DNA from: Oculatellaceae cyanobacterium bins.114
Lineage (GTDB): Bacteria > Cyanobacteriota > Cyanobacteriia > Elainellales > Elainellaceae
Direction: 5' to 3'
NCBI GenBank assembly: GCA_033764315.1
Contig: JANRJA010000138.1
Span: 1-28,653 of the forward strand
DNA: 28,653 nt
Part shown: positions 8,986-18,080 of the stretch, piece after piece
Layout of the letters: every line of letters starts with the position of its first letter
Numbering within the stretch: the stretch's first letter is position 1
The notes under the pieces: model-generated
What the model was told of the DNA's origin: nothing
Seen by the model: only the letters and a program-made list of their open reading frames with translations
Database searches by the model: none
Translations under genes and position numbers: made by a program

Positions 8986-10134
8986 TCAAGCGACCAACGG
9001 TTGGCACAAGTCTCTGGCTAACACAGTTTCATATTCAGCATTCGCTTGAATGGCTTGCATCAAGACAGCACGAGGTTCCAACCCTTGATTACACAAACTG
9101 AGCCACTTCTGAGCTTCGTTGCCTTCTCGTAGCAATTTTCGGAGGGGCAACAGAAAACAACTAAAGCCATGTTTTTTGGCGATCGCCCAGACTTCTTGAT
9201 AGACCTGCTCAACCCAATCACGGGCGAGAATCGGCTGACCATCACGCCAGTGTCTTAGCTCAGCGTCAAGGCTTTGATGAGCTGCCGCCATTTCATTGGC
9301 ATCTGTGAGCGTCACTAGATCAGCGGCACGGGTCGCAGCAGGCAAGCGACTACTGACTAACGGATCCAATGTTGGGTCTTCCATGAGTTGCATAATGCGG
9401 GCTTCTAATAGAGCCGCGATCGCCAGCAGTGACACTGGATCAGACACGAGATCGCAAATCCGCAGTTCTAATCGGTTGAGATTATAAGGGCGGCGATCGC
9501 CATTGGGTCGTACCGATGACCATAAATGACGGACGTTTTGCATGGTGCCCAATGCCAACTGCTCTTCAGTCCACTTTATATAATGAGCGTGACCGTCAAA
9601 CAGAGGCACCTGGGCTGGGGTTTTAGGAAAAACACTCCAGCGGGTGGAGTGGCTACCAGTAATTTCACCGTTGAGAAATGGAGATGAAGCACTCAGTGCG
9701 AGGTAAAGTGGGGCTTCAACCCGAACTAGCCGACAGGCACGCATCAACACATCGGGGTCACTAATCCCAATATTGATGTGAATGCTGGCAGTCACCACAG
9801 TCGTACCATAGGTCTGCTCAATATAAGTGTGATAGGGATTTGTCGGATCAGAGCGATAAAAGCGATCGCCCCCTCCGAGTGCCAGCGTGCTACCAGGAAT
9901 TAAGGTATAGTTTCCCAGTCGCTGTAAATAAGTTCGCAACTGTTGCCGAGGACGCACCAAATCACACAACAATCGCTCATAACGGCAAAGCGGAGGAGTT
10001 GTATATTCCACATTGCGACTATCGGGTTCTCGCACAAACCCATGCAGATCTGCCACAATCCGATCGGAAAAACCGACAATATCGCCTTGGGGCGTGCCAG
10101 TATACATCTCTACTTCAAAGCCCTTTGACAGCAT
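8986..10134 (-). CDS. gshA: Glutamate--cysteine ligase, cyanobacterial type
   Basis: MLSKGFEVEMYTG, REPDSRNVEY, TASIHINIG, VRHLWSSVRPNG, LNRLELRICD. Start set at ATG 10134. Confidence 0.88.
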   Translation of the reverse strand: MLSKGFEVEMYTGTPQGDIVGFSDRIVADLHGFVREPDSRNVEYTTPPLCRYERLLCDLVRPRQQLRTYLQRLGNYTLIPGSTLALGGGDRFYRSDPTNPYHTYIEQTYGTTVVTASIHINIGISDPDVLMRACRLVRVEAPLYLALSASSPFLNGEITGSHSTRWSVFPKTPAQVPLFDGHAHYIKWTEEQLALGTMQNVRHLWSSVRPNGDRRPYNLNRLELRICDLVSDPVSLLAIAALLEARIMQLMEDPTLDPLVSSRLPAATRAADLVTLTDANEMAAAHQSLDAELRHWRDGQPILARDWVEQVYQEVWAIAKKHGFSCFLLPLRKLLREGNEAQKWLSLCNQGLEPRAVLMQAIQANAEYETVLARDLCQPLVA

Positions 10135-10209
10135 CCCCGTTTTCCCCAAGGCAAACACAACTTTTTCTAGTATCTGAGAAAAGCTGCCCACCGTGTTAGA
10201 GAAATCATC

Positions 10210-10875
10210 CTAACGGGCTAAAACTGGCATTTGTAATTGGTGCAGTAAGCGAGGATCGGTGAAATCGGCAACAACCAAAGTTGCTCCTAAGGGATACAGT
10301 TCATCGGGGGTATGGGTGGAGGCAATAGCCACAGTAGGAATGCCTGCCGCAACCGCAGAGCGAACCCCAGAAGGAGAATCTTCAAAGGCGATCGCCTCTT
10401 CTGCCACAACCCCTAACCGCTCCAAAGCCACTTGGTAAGGCATAGGGTCAGGTTTACCTTTGGGTAACTCTTGCCCCAACACCACCAGGGGGAAAATATC
10501 GATTAATCCCAGGCTTTCCATCATAAATTGAGCATTTTCCACAGGGGCATTCGTTACAACTGCCCGTTGCAAGGCTTGGCGATCCATCCAAGTCAGTACT
10601 TCCATCAAACCAGGCATCGGTGTCAGCAACTGGCTTGCCCGCTGCCGAAACGCTGCTTCTTTGCGATCGCTGACTTCTTGTCCCTCGTCAGCCGACAAGT
10701 GTGGCAAGACGTCTTTCACGATCGCCGGATTCAACCGTCCACTAAAGTTGGCTTGATAAAAGGGGCGATCGATCTCCACCCCATACTCCTGCAACACCTC
10801 TTTCCACGTTTGAAAGTGAATTGGGTCTGTATCAGCGATCGTGCCATCTAAATCAAACAAAAGGGCTTTTAGCAT
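10210..10875 (-). CDS. HAD-IA family hydrolase (CbbY/beta-phosphoglucomutase-like phosphatase)
   Basis: Motif I FDLDGT, motif II VVTNA, motif III KPDP, motif IV FEDSPSGV. Confidence 0.9.
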   Translation of the reverse strand: MLKALLFDLDGTIADTDPIHFQTWKEVLQEYGVEIDRPFYQANFSGRLNPAIVKDVLPHLSADEGQEVSDRKEAAFRQRASQLLTPMPGLMEVLTWMDRQALQRAVVTNAPVENAQFMMESLGLIDIFPLVVLGQELPKGKPDPMPYQVALERLGVVAEEAIAFEDSPSGVRSAVAAGIPTVAIASTHTPDELYPLGATLVVADFTDPRLLHQLQMPVLAR

Positions 10876-11026
10876 GGGAGTGTGTCACCTGTAATTGTCA
10901 CCTGTAAAGTTGCATTTCCTCAAACCGATGCTGGGTCTATAGCCATGTAATCCCCCAGGAAACACACTGAGATAACCAATTTAGCCAGTCAATGCCACTC
11001 AATAATGATGACTACTTCACTTAGCA

Positions 11027-11380
11027 TTAGCCAAAAGTAGAGCCATTCCAGCCCCACATCATTCCTTTAGCATCTGCAAACTCGATATACAACCGATTAG
11101 CTGGGATGCCTAACCCCTCAGCAACAATTTGAGAAAAGTCTTGGCTCATGGCCTTGGTTTGGGCAGCACTCATCGTGCCCACACTCTTAATCTCGATATA
11201 ACACACCGGGTCTAGCGTGCCACCAAAGGTCATTGCCACATCAGGTTCAAATGCTGTCATGACATAGGATTCTGGCTTCCCGGTGTGTTTTGCGAGATGG
11301 GTCGAGAGACGTTTAAGAAACGCCTCAACTGTAGGGCGATCGGGCGCAGCAATCGACGATTGAACTTTAATCAATGGCAT
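11027..11380 (-). CDS. MIF / phenylpyruvate tautomerase family protein
   Basis: The true start MPLIKVQSS gives the catalytic Pro1. Also GKPESYVM, MTFGG, IEIKSVG and GWNGSTF. Confidence 0.9.
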   Translation of the reverse strand: MPLIKVQSSIAAPDRPTVEAFLKRLSTHLAKHTGKPESYVMTAFEPDVAMTFGGTLDPVCYIEIKSVGTMSAAQTKAMSQDFSQIVAEGLGIPANRLYIEFADAKGMMWGWNGSTFG

Positions 11381-11385
11381 AGACC

Positions 11386-11865
11386 CTATCCTCCATATTG
11401 CCAACCCGTACTCTCTAAAAGCAGGGGCGACCCTTCTCGGTGAATCCCAGATGCAATCACCTCACCCACATAAACCGTGTGATCTCCCTGCTCAACCGAA
11501 CCAACCACTCGACATTCCACATAGCCTAATGAGTCGGAAATGATCGGACACCCTGTCTCACCCAAGTAAAAGTCCACATCTTCAAACTTATTGCCAACCC
11601 GACGCAGGGGTTTAAAGAATTTTTGGGCTAATTCTTTTTGTCCATCTTCTAAAAAACTCAACGCAAAAACCTGACTCGCTTGAATCATGGTGTGGGAGAT
11701 CGATTTTTGGTTAACGCAGTTCACCACTAATGGAGGCTGAAATGAGGCTTGCATGACCCAACTGGCTGTAAACCCGTTCACATCTTCCCCGTCTTTGACT
11801 CCACAGATATAAAGCCCGTGAGGAATTTTACGGAGCATCGTTTTTTTCGCTTGTTCGTCCAGCAA
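11386..11865 (-). CDS. Flavin reductase family protein
   Basis: LRKIPHGLY, GFTASWVMQASFQPP, GDHTVYVGEV. The TTG start at 11865 is probable. Confidence 0.88.
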   Translation of the reverse strand: MLDEQAKKTMLRKIPHGLYICGVKDGEDVNGFTASWVMQASFQPPLVVNCVNQKSISHTMIQASQVFALSFLEDGQKELAQKFFKPLRRVGNKFEDVDFYLGETGCPIISDSLGYVECRVVGSVEQGDHTVYVGEVIASGIHREGSPLLLESTGWQYGG

Positions 11866-11962
11866 AGCTTTACCCTTCTTAACGTGCATCACACGTTAAG
11901 TTTAGATCAAACCCTGCTCCATTAGATAATGAGAGAGCTGCATCATCATCAACCGCTTCGCT

Positions 11963-12496
11963 ATGACCTCTAGTTCTCCTGCGCTTGCCGACTTAGATTA
12001 CACTCCCTATCTCGATGAAAATGGACAACTCACCGAAGGCTGGGAAGGAAAAGTCGGGGTATACGCTATTTTTAATCAAGCCAAAACATTGCAGTTTATT
12101 GGCTACTCACGCGATGTCGCATTGAGTTTACGGCAACATCTGGTGCGGCAACCTCAGCAATGTTATTGGGTTAAGGTAGTTACAATCGATCGCCCTAGTC
12201 GAGCCGTATTAGAAGAAATTCGGGACACCTGGATCGCCGAAAATGGCGCAATACCTATCGGTAATGCTGACCATGAAGCGTTGTGGAGTCAACCCATTGA
12301 TGCGAAACAGAGCATGACCAGCAACGAGCAACAAGCCTATGCAGCCGGTGACGAACTTGACCAAATTAAGGTATTAAAACAAGTGGCACGTCGCGTTGAA
12401 GAACAAGTTTTGAAGGCGTTGGCCGAGCGAGGCGTGCAAATCCAAATTCGCTTTAACCCTAAACTCAAGGAAAGCGGATTACTTGACCTGAAATAA
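11963..12496 (+). CDS. GIY-YIG nuclease-like conserved cyanobacterial protein
   Basis: GVYAIF......QFIGYSRDV..SLRQHL resembles the GIY-YIG hairpin plus the Arg helix. Confidence 0.75.
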   Translation: MTSSSPALADLDYTPYLDENGQLTEGWEGKVGVYAIFNQAKTLQFIGYSRDVALSLRQHLVRQPQQCYWVKVVTIDRPSRAVLEEIRDTWIAENGAIPIGNADHEALWSQPIDAKQSMTSNEQQAYAAGDELDQIKVLKQVARRVEEQVLKALAERGVQIQIRFNPKLKESGLLDLK

Positions 12497-12552
12497 AAAT
12501 CCGGAGAATAGGTTGACTCGGTTGAAGTTCGGTATGTGTGCTGGAATGGACG

Positions 12553-12572
12553 GTCTGTTGATATCAACAGAC
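12553..12572. repeat. Perfect 20-bp palindrome (operator or hairpin)
   Basis: GTCTGTTGAT|ATCAACAGAC between the GIY-YIG gene and the kinase gene. Confidence 0.6.
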
Positions 12573-12706
12573 ACCCTCAAAACAGCACGGAGTTGGTGCA
12601 CCAGAGTCTGGTGATACTCTCTAGATCAATGCTTTACCGAGTCTCAGCTAAGCCTACATTCTGTCAAAGTCTAGATTCCGCAGAACCTGTATGACACAGA
12701 ACCTGT

Positions 12707-14518
12707 ATGACACCACCGCTTTTAAATAATCGCTATCAAGTTATTCAAACTCTAGGATCGGGTGGCTTCGGCACGACTTTTCTAGCCGAGGACATTCAGA
12801 TGCCTTCTCGTCGTCGGTGTGTGATTAAGCAGCTCAAACCCATCACTAACAATCCAGAGGTTTATCGGTTAGTCCAGGAAAGATTTCAGCGGGAGGCGGC
12901 TATCCTGGAGGAATTAGGAGATGGCAACAGCCAGATTCCACGGCTTTATGCTTATTTTGCAGAGGCAGGTGAGTTTTACCTGATCCAAGAATGGATTGAA
13001 GGAGCCACTCTACGAGACAAGGTTCAAAATGATGGAATGGTTGGAGATGCCCAAGTCAAGCAGATTTTGATCGACATCTTGCCTGTTTTAACGTACGTTC
13101 ACAACAAACGGATTGTTCATCGCGATATCAAACCTGACAATATTATTTTGCGAAAGCGGGATGGCAAACCTGTTTTGATTGACTTTGGTGCCGTTCGAGA
13201 AACGATGGGAACGGTGGTCAACTCTCAAGGGCAATCTGCCAGTTCGATCGTGATTGGCACGCCTGGGTTCATGCCTTCTGAACAGGCGGCTGGCAGACCT
13301 ATGTATTCCAGCGATCTCTATAGCCTGGGCTTAACAATGATTTATCTGCTGACCGGAAAATTTCCTCAGGAGTTAGATCTTGATCCGCAAACCGGAGATG
13401 TTATTTGGCATCAACATGCACCCACTGCTAATGCAGACTTAGTAGCCGTGTTGGACAAGTCGATTCAATATCATCCGCGCGATCGCTATGCCACTGCACA
13501 GGATATGTTGACCGCCTTGCAAAACATCACAGGAGGCGTCAGTACACCCATCGTCGATCGATTTCCAACTGTTCCCGCCATTCCTCCAACCATTGCAGCA
13601 GCAACGATCGCTCAATATCCAGGAAATAGCGATGTCCCTGCGACTGTAATCAATCCCTCTCAACCTCAATCTAATCAGGTAGGTGCGGTTCAAGGCGTAT
13701 TTGACCAATCTATTCCTGCCGGAAGCACTAGCTCATCTGGGAACAATCAGGAGATTCCAGATGAAGTGCCAGGGTGGAACTGGGGTGCCTTTTTGCTACC
13801 TGGGTTATGGTGCATTAACAATCAGGTCTGGATCGGCTTATTGTCGTGGTCAGGGTTTGCCACAGCTATGGTGGGCTGGCTCATTGGTGGCTTTGTCTTA
13901 GGGGTCAAAGGCAATGAATGGGCATGGAAAAGCCGCCACTGGCGTAGTTTAGAAGTTTTTAAGCGCAATCAACGAAACTGGGCGATCGGAGGAATTGCCA
14001 CCTGGGGCAGCATGATTGGTCTAATCACAGCAGTGGCCGTTTTTATGCCTACCACCCCTGAGTCATCCACCCCTGATCCTCTTTCCGGTAGTGTCTCTAA
14101 TAGTTCAGGAGGACAAACCACCGGGCAAACCACCAATGTCTTTGGATCCACTGAGCCACTTAATCCACCTGATCAATACATTGATGGCACCTGGAGCCTA
14201 AACTACAGTCTGGGCGATCAATCGCACCAAGCCACCTTAGTTATGCAAGGCACAACTGGAACATTGACTGTTAAATTGACGGGGTCAACAGGATCAACCC
14301 AAATGGTGCAACAGACAATGCAACTTTGGTCTGCCCCCAGTGGTCTGATCGTTCTAGGATATAACCCCATCGATCCAACGACGCAAGCTGCAAACGCCGA
14401 CTATCCAGCCGATAACTTTTTATTTCAACCCCAAACCGATGGGTCAATGCTAGTTAAAAACTGTAATGATGCTCAAGCCTGTGCTGATGTGACAGCCCAA
14501 TTGTTGAGCACTCCTTAA
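12707..14518 (+). CDS. Membrane-anchored Hanks-type (Pkn2) Ser/Thr protein kinase with a WNWGAF membrane module and a C-terminal putative extracytoplasmic domain
   Basis: LGSGGFGTT, VIKQL, HRDIKPDN, IDFG, GTPGFMPSE and SDLYSLG, followed by a Pro/Ser/Thr linker, GWNWGAF...GNEWAW, TM helices and a beta-rich tail with a Cys pair. Confidence 0.93.
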   Translation: MTPPLLNNRYQVIQTLGSGGFGTTFLAEDIQMPSRRRCVIKQLKPITNNPEVYRLVQERFQREAAILEELGDGNSQIPRLYAYFAEAGEFYLIQEWIEGATLRDKVQNDGMVGDAQVKQILIDILPVLTYVHNKRIVHRDIKPDNIILRKRDGKPVLIDFGAVRETMGTVVNSQGQSASSIVIGTPGFMPSEQAAGRPMYSSDLYSLGLTMIYLLTGKFPQELDLDPQTGDVIWHQHAPTANADLVAVLDKSIQYHPRDRYATAQDMLTALQNITGGVSTPIVDRFPTVPAIPPTIAAATIAQYPGNSDVPATVINPSQPQSNQVGAVQGVFDQSIPAGSTSSSGNNQEIPDEVPGWNWGAFLLPGLWCINNQVWIGLLSWSGFATAMVGWLIGGFVLGVKGNEWAWKSRHWRSLEVFKRNQRNWAIGGIATWGSMIGLITAVAVFMPTTPESSTPDPLSGSVSNSSGGQTTGQTTNVFGSTEPLNPPDQYIDGTWSLNYSLGDQSHQATLVMQGTTGTLTVKLTGSTGSTQMVQQTMQLWSAPSGLIVLGYNPIDPTTQAANADYPADNFLFQPQTDGSMLVKNCNDAQACADVTAQLLSTP

Positions 14519-14574
14519 ATTAAGACTGATTAAATTAGGACTGGCATCTTGCCCAATCCCTGAGAGTGCATAAA

Positions 14575-14625
14575 TTTACTTCAAACTCCCAAAAGGTTAT
14601 AGACCTCTTGGGAGTTTGAAGTAAA
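14575..14625. terminator. Long hairpin, likely a bidirectional terminator between the convergent kinase and rplL genes
   Basis: TTTACTTCAAACTCCCAAAAGGT-tatag-ACCTCTTGGGAGTTTGAAGTAAA: 23-bp stem with one mismatch. Confidence 0.7.
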
Positions 14626-14627
14626 GC

Positions 14628-14789
14628 TATAGTCCATTCAATTAAGACACCGCTCGTTGAGATTTAACCAGAGAGACGCTATTAATCGCGTCTATGTTGA
14701 TGGTTTGTCCTAACCGAGCTAACTACGGCTCTATAGCAATCCCAAATGGGTCAACTCCCCAATTTCACTAATGATTTAGGACTGCTGTA
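14628..14789. repeat. Two abutting degenerate MITE-like cyanobacterial intergenic repeats
   Basis: Element A (14628-14735): TATAG...TTAAGACA ... internal AGACGC-tattaatc-GCGTCT ... TGTCCTAACC...CTACGGCTCTATA. Element B (14732-14789): TATAGCAATCCCAAAT...ATTTAGGACTGCTGTA (13/16 inverted repeat). The two share a TATA junction. Confidence 0.6.
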
Positions 14790-14826
14790 TGTAGTCTGAT
14801 TAGATTAGTCGTCTGACTAGAAAGGA

Positions 14827-15219
14827 CTACTTGATAGCAACCTTGCCACCTGCGCCTTCCAATGTTTTCTTGGCTTCCTCAGCCGCTTCCTTAGCGATGC
14901 CTTCTTTAACCGCTTTAGGAGTAGATTCGACCAAATCTTTTGCCTCTTTCAGACCCAAACCAGTCAATTCACGGACTGCTTTCAGAACAGCAATCTTCTT
15001 ATCGGCTGGCACTTCTTCCAGAATGACATCAAATTCAGTCTGTTCTTCGACTTCCTCAGCAGGAGCCGCCGCACCAGCGGGAGCCATCATGGCAAATCCG
15101 CCAACGGGAGCCGCCGCAGAGACGCCAAACGCTTCTTCAATTTGTTTAACTAACTCAGCCGCTTCTAACAAAGTCAGCGTCTTAAGTTTCTCAAGGATTT
15201 CATCGGTTGCAGCAGACAT
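14827..15219 (-). CDS. rplL: 50S ribosomal protein L7/L12 (bL12)
   Basis: [43 protein letters not shown]. Confidence 0.98.
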   Translation of the reverse strand: MSAATDEILEKLKTLTLLEAAELVKQIEEAFGVSAAAPVGGFAMMAPAGAAAPAEEVEEQTEFDVILEEVPADKKIAVLKAVRELTGLGLKEAKDLVESTPKAVKEGIAKEAAEEAKKTLEGAGGKVAIK

Positions 15220-15328
15220 GAGGTTAACTCCTGTAAAAGTAATTAGTTGTGTAAATTAGCTACTCACTCAAAGCAAAATAGCAAGACCGTCAAAGTAGCC
15301 GTTGTTGACAGAAAACAGAGCACAGCTT

Positions 15329-15871
15329 TTATGCTGCTTCCTGATCTTGCTTATCTTTGTCAGCGATCGCTTGCAGAGCACGAGCCAGAGAACCTGGAAC
15401 TTCGTTAATACCCACAGCCAGCTTCGTTGCCAGAGCATTGATTGCACCAGCCACTTGACCCATGAGTTGTTCTTTCGATGGCAGATCTCCAATGGCCTTG
15501 ACATCCGCTTCGCTCAAAGCTCGACCTTCCATCACTCCACCGCGAATTACGGTCTTTTTGGAGGCTTTTTGAAAGTCTTGATATGCTTTGATCGCACCCG
15601 TAATGTCATCTCTGACCAACAAAAACGCAGACGATTCTTTACAGAACTCAGCGATGGGTTGCCAGTTAGAGTCGCTATCTGCCGCCAGACGCATTAGCGT
15701 GTTCTTAGTGACTTTACAGTCAGTGCCCGAAGGACGTAGTCGCTTACGCAAGTCAGTAATTTCAGCCACCGATAAACCTTTGTAATCAATCACAATGGCA
15801 ATCTGAGTGTGGCTCAAGCTTTCTTTTAGCTCAGCAACAATTTCCTGCTTATTTTCAAGTGTTCTTCCCAT
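15329..15871 (-). CDS. rplJ: 50S ribosomal protein L10 (uL10)
   Basis: Start MGRTLENK after a strong AGGAGGTGA SD. DYKGLSVAEITDLR, KVTKNTL, LPSKEQL. Confidence 0.97.
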   Translation of the reverse strand: MGRTLENKQEIVAELKESLSHTQIAIVIDYKGLSVAEITDLRKRLRPSGTDCKVTKNTLMRLAADSDSNWQPIAEFCKESSAFLLVRDDITGAIKAYQDFQKASKKTVIRGGVMEGRALSEADVKAIGDLPSKEQLMGQVAGAINALATKLAVGINEVPGSLARALQAIADKDKQDQEAA

Positions 15872-15935
15872 TCCTATCTCACCTCCTTTTAATTGGGTTC
15901 GGATTCCTGAAACTGGATCTGCCTCTCTATCAAGC

Positions 15936-16073
15936 AAAAACCCCGGCTATTAAGACCGGGGCTTTCATGTTTTGCACTCACTCCTAAGATGCTTAGAGAG
16001 CACCCATTCTGGGATCGTGAGAAGCAAACCTCGGCAGGATATTAAGCAAATCGCACCTGCTGTCTCCGGCTTG
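15936..16073 (-). promoter_or_regulatory. Ribosomal protein L10 leader (autoregulatory RNA)
   Basis: Minus strand CCGGAGACAGCAGG...TTAATATCCTGCCGAGG core, ending in hairpin CCCCGGTCTTAATAGCCGGGG-TTTTT, located between rplA and rplJ. Confidence 0.85.
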
Positions 16074-16190
16074 ACCTATTTAGTTGTGAGGCGTGTTACA
16101 AACTTATTCCTCCAGCGATCGCTGAATCTTGAAATGAAACTTTAGAACCTGTCGATGCGAGTTGAAATTTCCTCAACCTTTATGCAGCAT

Positions 16191-16907
16191 CTATGCAGCA
16201 TCGCCCAACTTCATATCTCGGAGAGCATTGATGTCAACCTGGATAGAAGGCCCCATAGTAGCAGACACAAAGACAGTCCGCCAATAACGACCTTTTGCAC
16301 CAGAAGGGCGGTTACGGTCGATCGTCTCTTGCAGGGCTTTTAGATTGACCAGCAAATCTTCAGGGGCAAAGGTTGCTTTACCAAACATCACGTGAACGAT
16401 GCCAGAGCGATCAGCACGAAACTCCAGTTTACCAGCTTTGAATTCAGAAATGGCTTGACCAATATCAAACGTGACCGTGCCCCCTTTAGGAGAAGGCATC
16501 AAACCACGAGGACCGAGCAAACGCCCTAGCTTGGCAACCTGAGGCATCATGTCAGGGGTCGCCACTAACACATCAAAATCCATCATGCCTTTTTGGATCT
16601 CGTCAATCAGTTCCTCAGAACCGGAGAGATCAGCACCCGCAACAGCCGCTTCATTGACTTTTTCACCTCGCGCAATCACCGCCACTCGAATGACTTGTCC
16701 AGTTCCCTTGGGCAACGCCACGGTAGTTCGCAATTGTTGATCGGTGTATTTGGGATCAATTCCCAACCGAATATGAGCTTCGGCAGATTCTGAAAATTTT
16801 GCGGTGGCTGTTTCTTTCAGCAGTTGCAATGCTTCCAGAGGCTCATAGGCCCGCTCTTCCACCTTTTTTTGCAGCTCTCGCAAGCGACGCGATACTTTCT
16901 TAGTCAT
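16191..16907 (-). CDS. rplA: 50S ribosomal protein L1 (uL1)
   Basis: [43 protein letters not shown]. Confidence 0.98.
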   Translation of the reverse strand: MTKKVSRRLRELQKKVEERAYEPLEALQLLKETATAKFSESAEAHIRLGIDPKYTDQQLRTTVALPKGTGQVIRVAVIARGEKVNEAAVAGADLSGSEELIDEIQKGMMDFDVLVATPDMMPQVAKLGRLLGPRGLMPSPKGGTVTFDIGQAISEFKAGKLEFRADRSGIVHVMFGKATFAPEDLLVNLKALQETIDRNRPSGAKGRYWRTVFVSATMGPSIQVDINALRDMKLGDAA

Positions 16908-16920
16908 GGGTTTATCTCCT

Positions 16921-16950
16921 GGGGTAATTACGAAGCGATCGCCTCTCCCC
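16921..16950 (-). promoter_or_regulatory. Putative L1-binding mRNA element immediately upstream of the rplA SD
   Basis: Minus strand GGGG-AGAGGC-GATC-GCTTCG-TAATTA-CCCC then AGGAG SD: stem / asymmetric internal loop / stem, resembling the rRNA-mimic L1 site. Confidence 0.55.
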
Positions 16951-17015
16951 CGCTATAGGTTAACTGTTCTAGAAAAACAAAACACGGTTGACCAACACCA
17001 GCCAAGGCTGATACC

Positions 17016-17441
17016 TCAGCCTGTAATTGTAACACCCATATTACGAGCCGTGCCTTCTACAATCTTCATAGCTGCCTCAACATCATTGGCATTGAGGTCA
17101 GGTAGTTTAGTTTGAGCAATTTCCCTCAATTGAGTTCTGCTAATAGATCCGACTTTCTTTTTGTTAGGTTCCCCAGAACCAGACTCGATACCTGCCGCCT
17201 TTTTAATTAAGACAGAAGCAGGTGGAGTCTTTAGCACAAAGGTAAAGCTGCGGTCTTCATACACCGAGATTTCAACCGGAATAACCAAACCTGCTTGGTC
17301 AGCCGTTCTAGCGTTGTATTCCTTGCAGAACATCATGATGTTGACCCCATGTTGACCCAGTGCAGGACCAATAGGAGGAGCCGGGTTTGCCTTCCCAGCT
17401 GTAATCGCTAATTTAATAATCGCAACAACTTTCTTTGCCAT
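17016..17441 (-). CDS. rplK: 50S ribosomal protein L11 (uL11)
   Basis: [42 protein letters not shown]. Confidence 0.98.
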   Translation of the reverse strand: MAKKVVAIIKLAITAGKANPAPPIGPALGQHGVNIMMFCKEYNARTADQAGLVIPVEISVYEDRSFTFVLKTPPASVLIKKAAGIESGSGEPNKKKVGSISRTQLREIAQTKLPDLNANDVEAAMKIVEGTARNMGVTITG

Positions 17442-17447
17442 AACTCA

Positions 17448-18080
17448 CTAACTCTGTTTTTGAACCTGATTAAATTCCAACTCAACTGGGGTATCTCGCC
17501 CAAAGATAGAAAGCAACGCCTTTAGCTTGCTGCGCTCTGGGCTAACTTCGATTACCTCACCCTCAAAATCTTTAAAGGGACCTGAGAGCACCAAAATCTT
17601 GTCGCCAGCCGCCATATCAATCTTGATAATCGGCTTTTGCTCCTGCGCCTGCTTAAAGATGCGCTCGACCTCAGACGCAGACAAAGGCATTGGCTTAACA
17701 TGCCCTCGACCGCGGCCATAACGACGTTTTTGCTCAGCCCCTACAAAGTTGATGACATTGGGAGTATTTTTAACCACCTGCCACGTGTCATCATCCATCA
17801 CCATTCGCACCAGCACATACCCTGGAAAAACCTTTTCACTGCCTTCTTTGGGTTTTGTCCCTTTTTGAGGTTTGAGAATAGGCGTTTGAGGGATCTCGAT
17901 CTGCAAAATCCGGGTTGCCACGTCTAGGGTTTCGATGCGCTGCTCTAGATTTAACTTGACCCGGTTTTCACAACCAGAGGCCACCTGAACGGCATACCAA
18001 CGAGCAACCTGACTGAGATTTTCTGCATTCTCTCCGTCAGTGGACATTAAATTATCGGATTCGTCTGAGTCAAGAATCAT
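17448..18080 (-). CDS. nusG: Transcription termination/antitermination factor NusG
   Basis: WYAVQVASG.E, KVFPGYVLV, KNTPNVINFVG and KOW motif GPFKDFEG...IFGRDTPVEL. ATG at 18080 overlaps the secE stop (TGATG). Confidence 0.96.
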   Translation of the reverse strand: MILDSDESDNLMSTDGENAENLSQVARWYAVQVASGCENRVKLNLEQRIETLDVATRILQIEIPQTPILKPQKGTKPKEGSEKVFPGYVLVRMVMDDDTWQVVKNTPNVINFVGAEQKRRYGRGRGHVKPMPLSASEVERIFKQAQEQKPIIKIDMAAGDKILVLSGPFKDFEGEVIEVSPERSKLKALLSIFGRDTPVELEFNQVQKQS

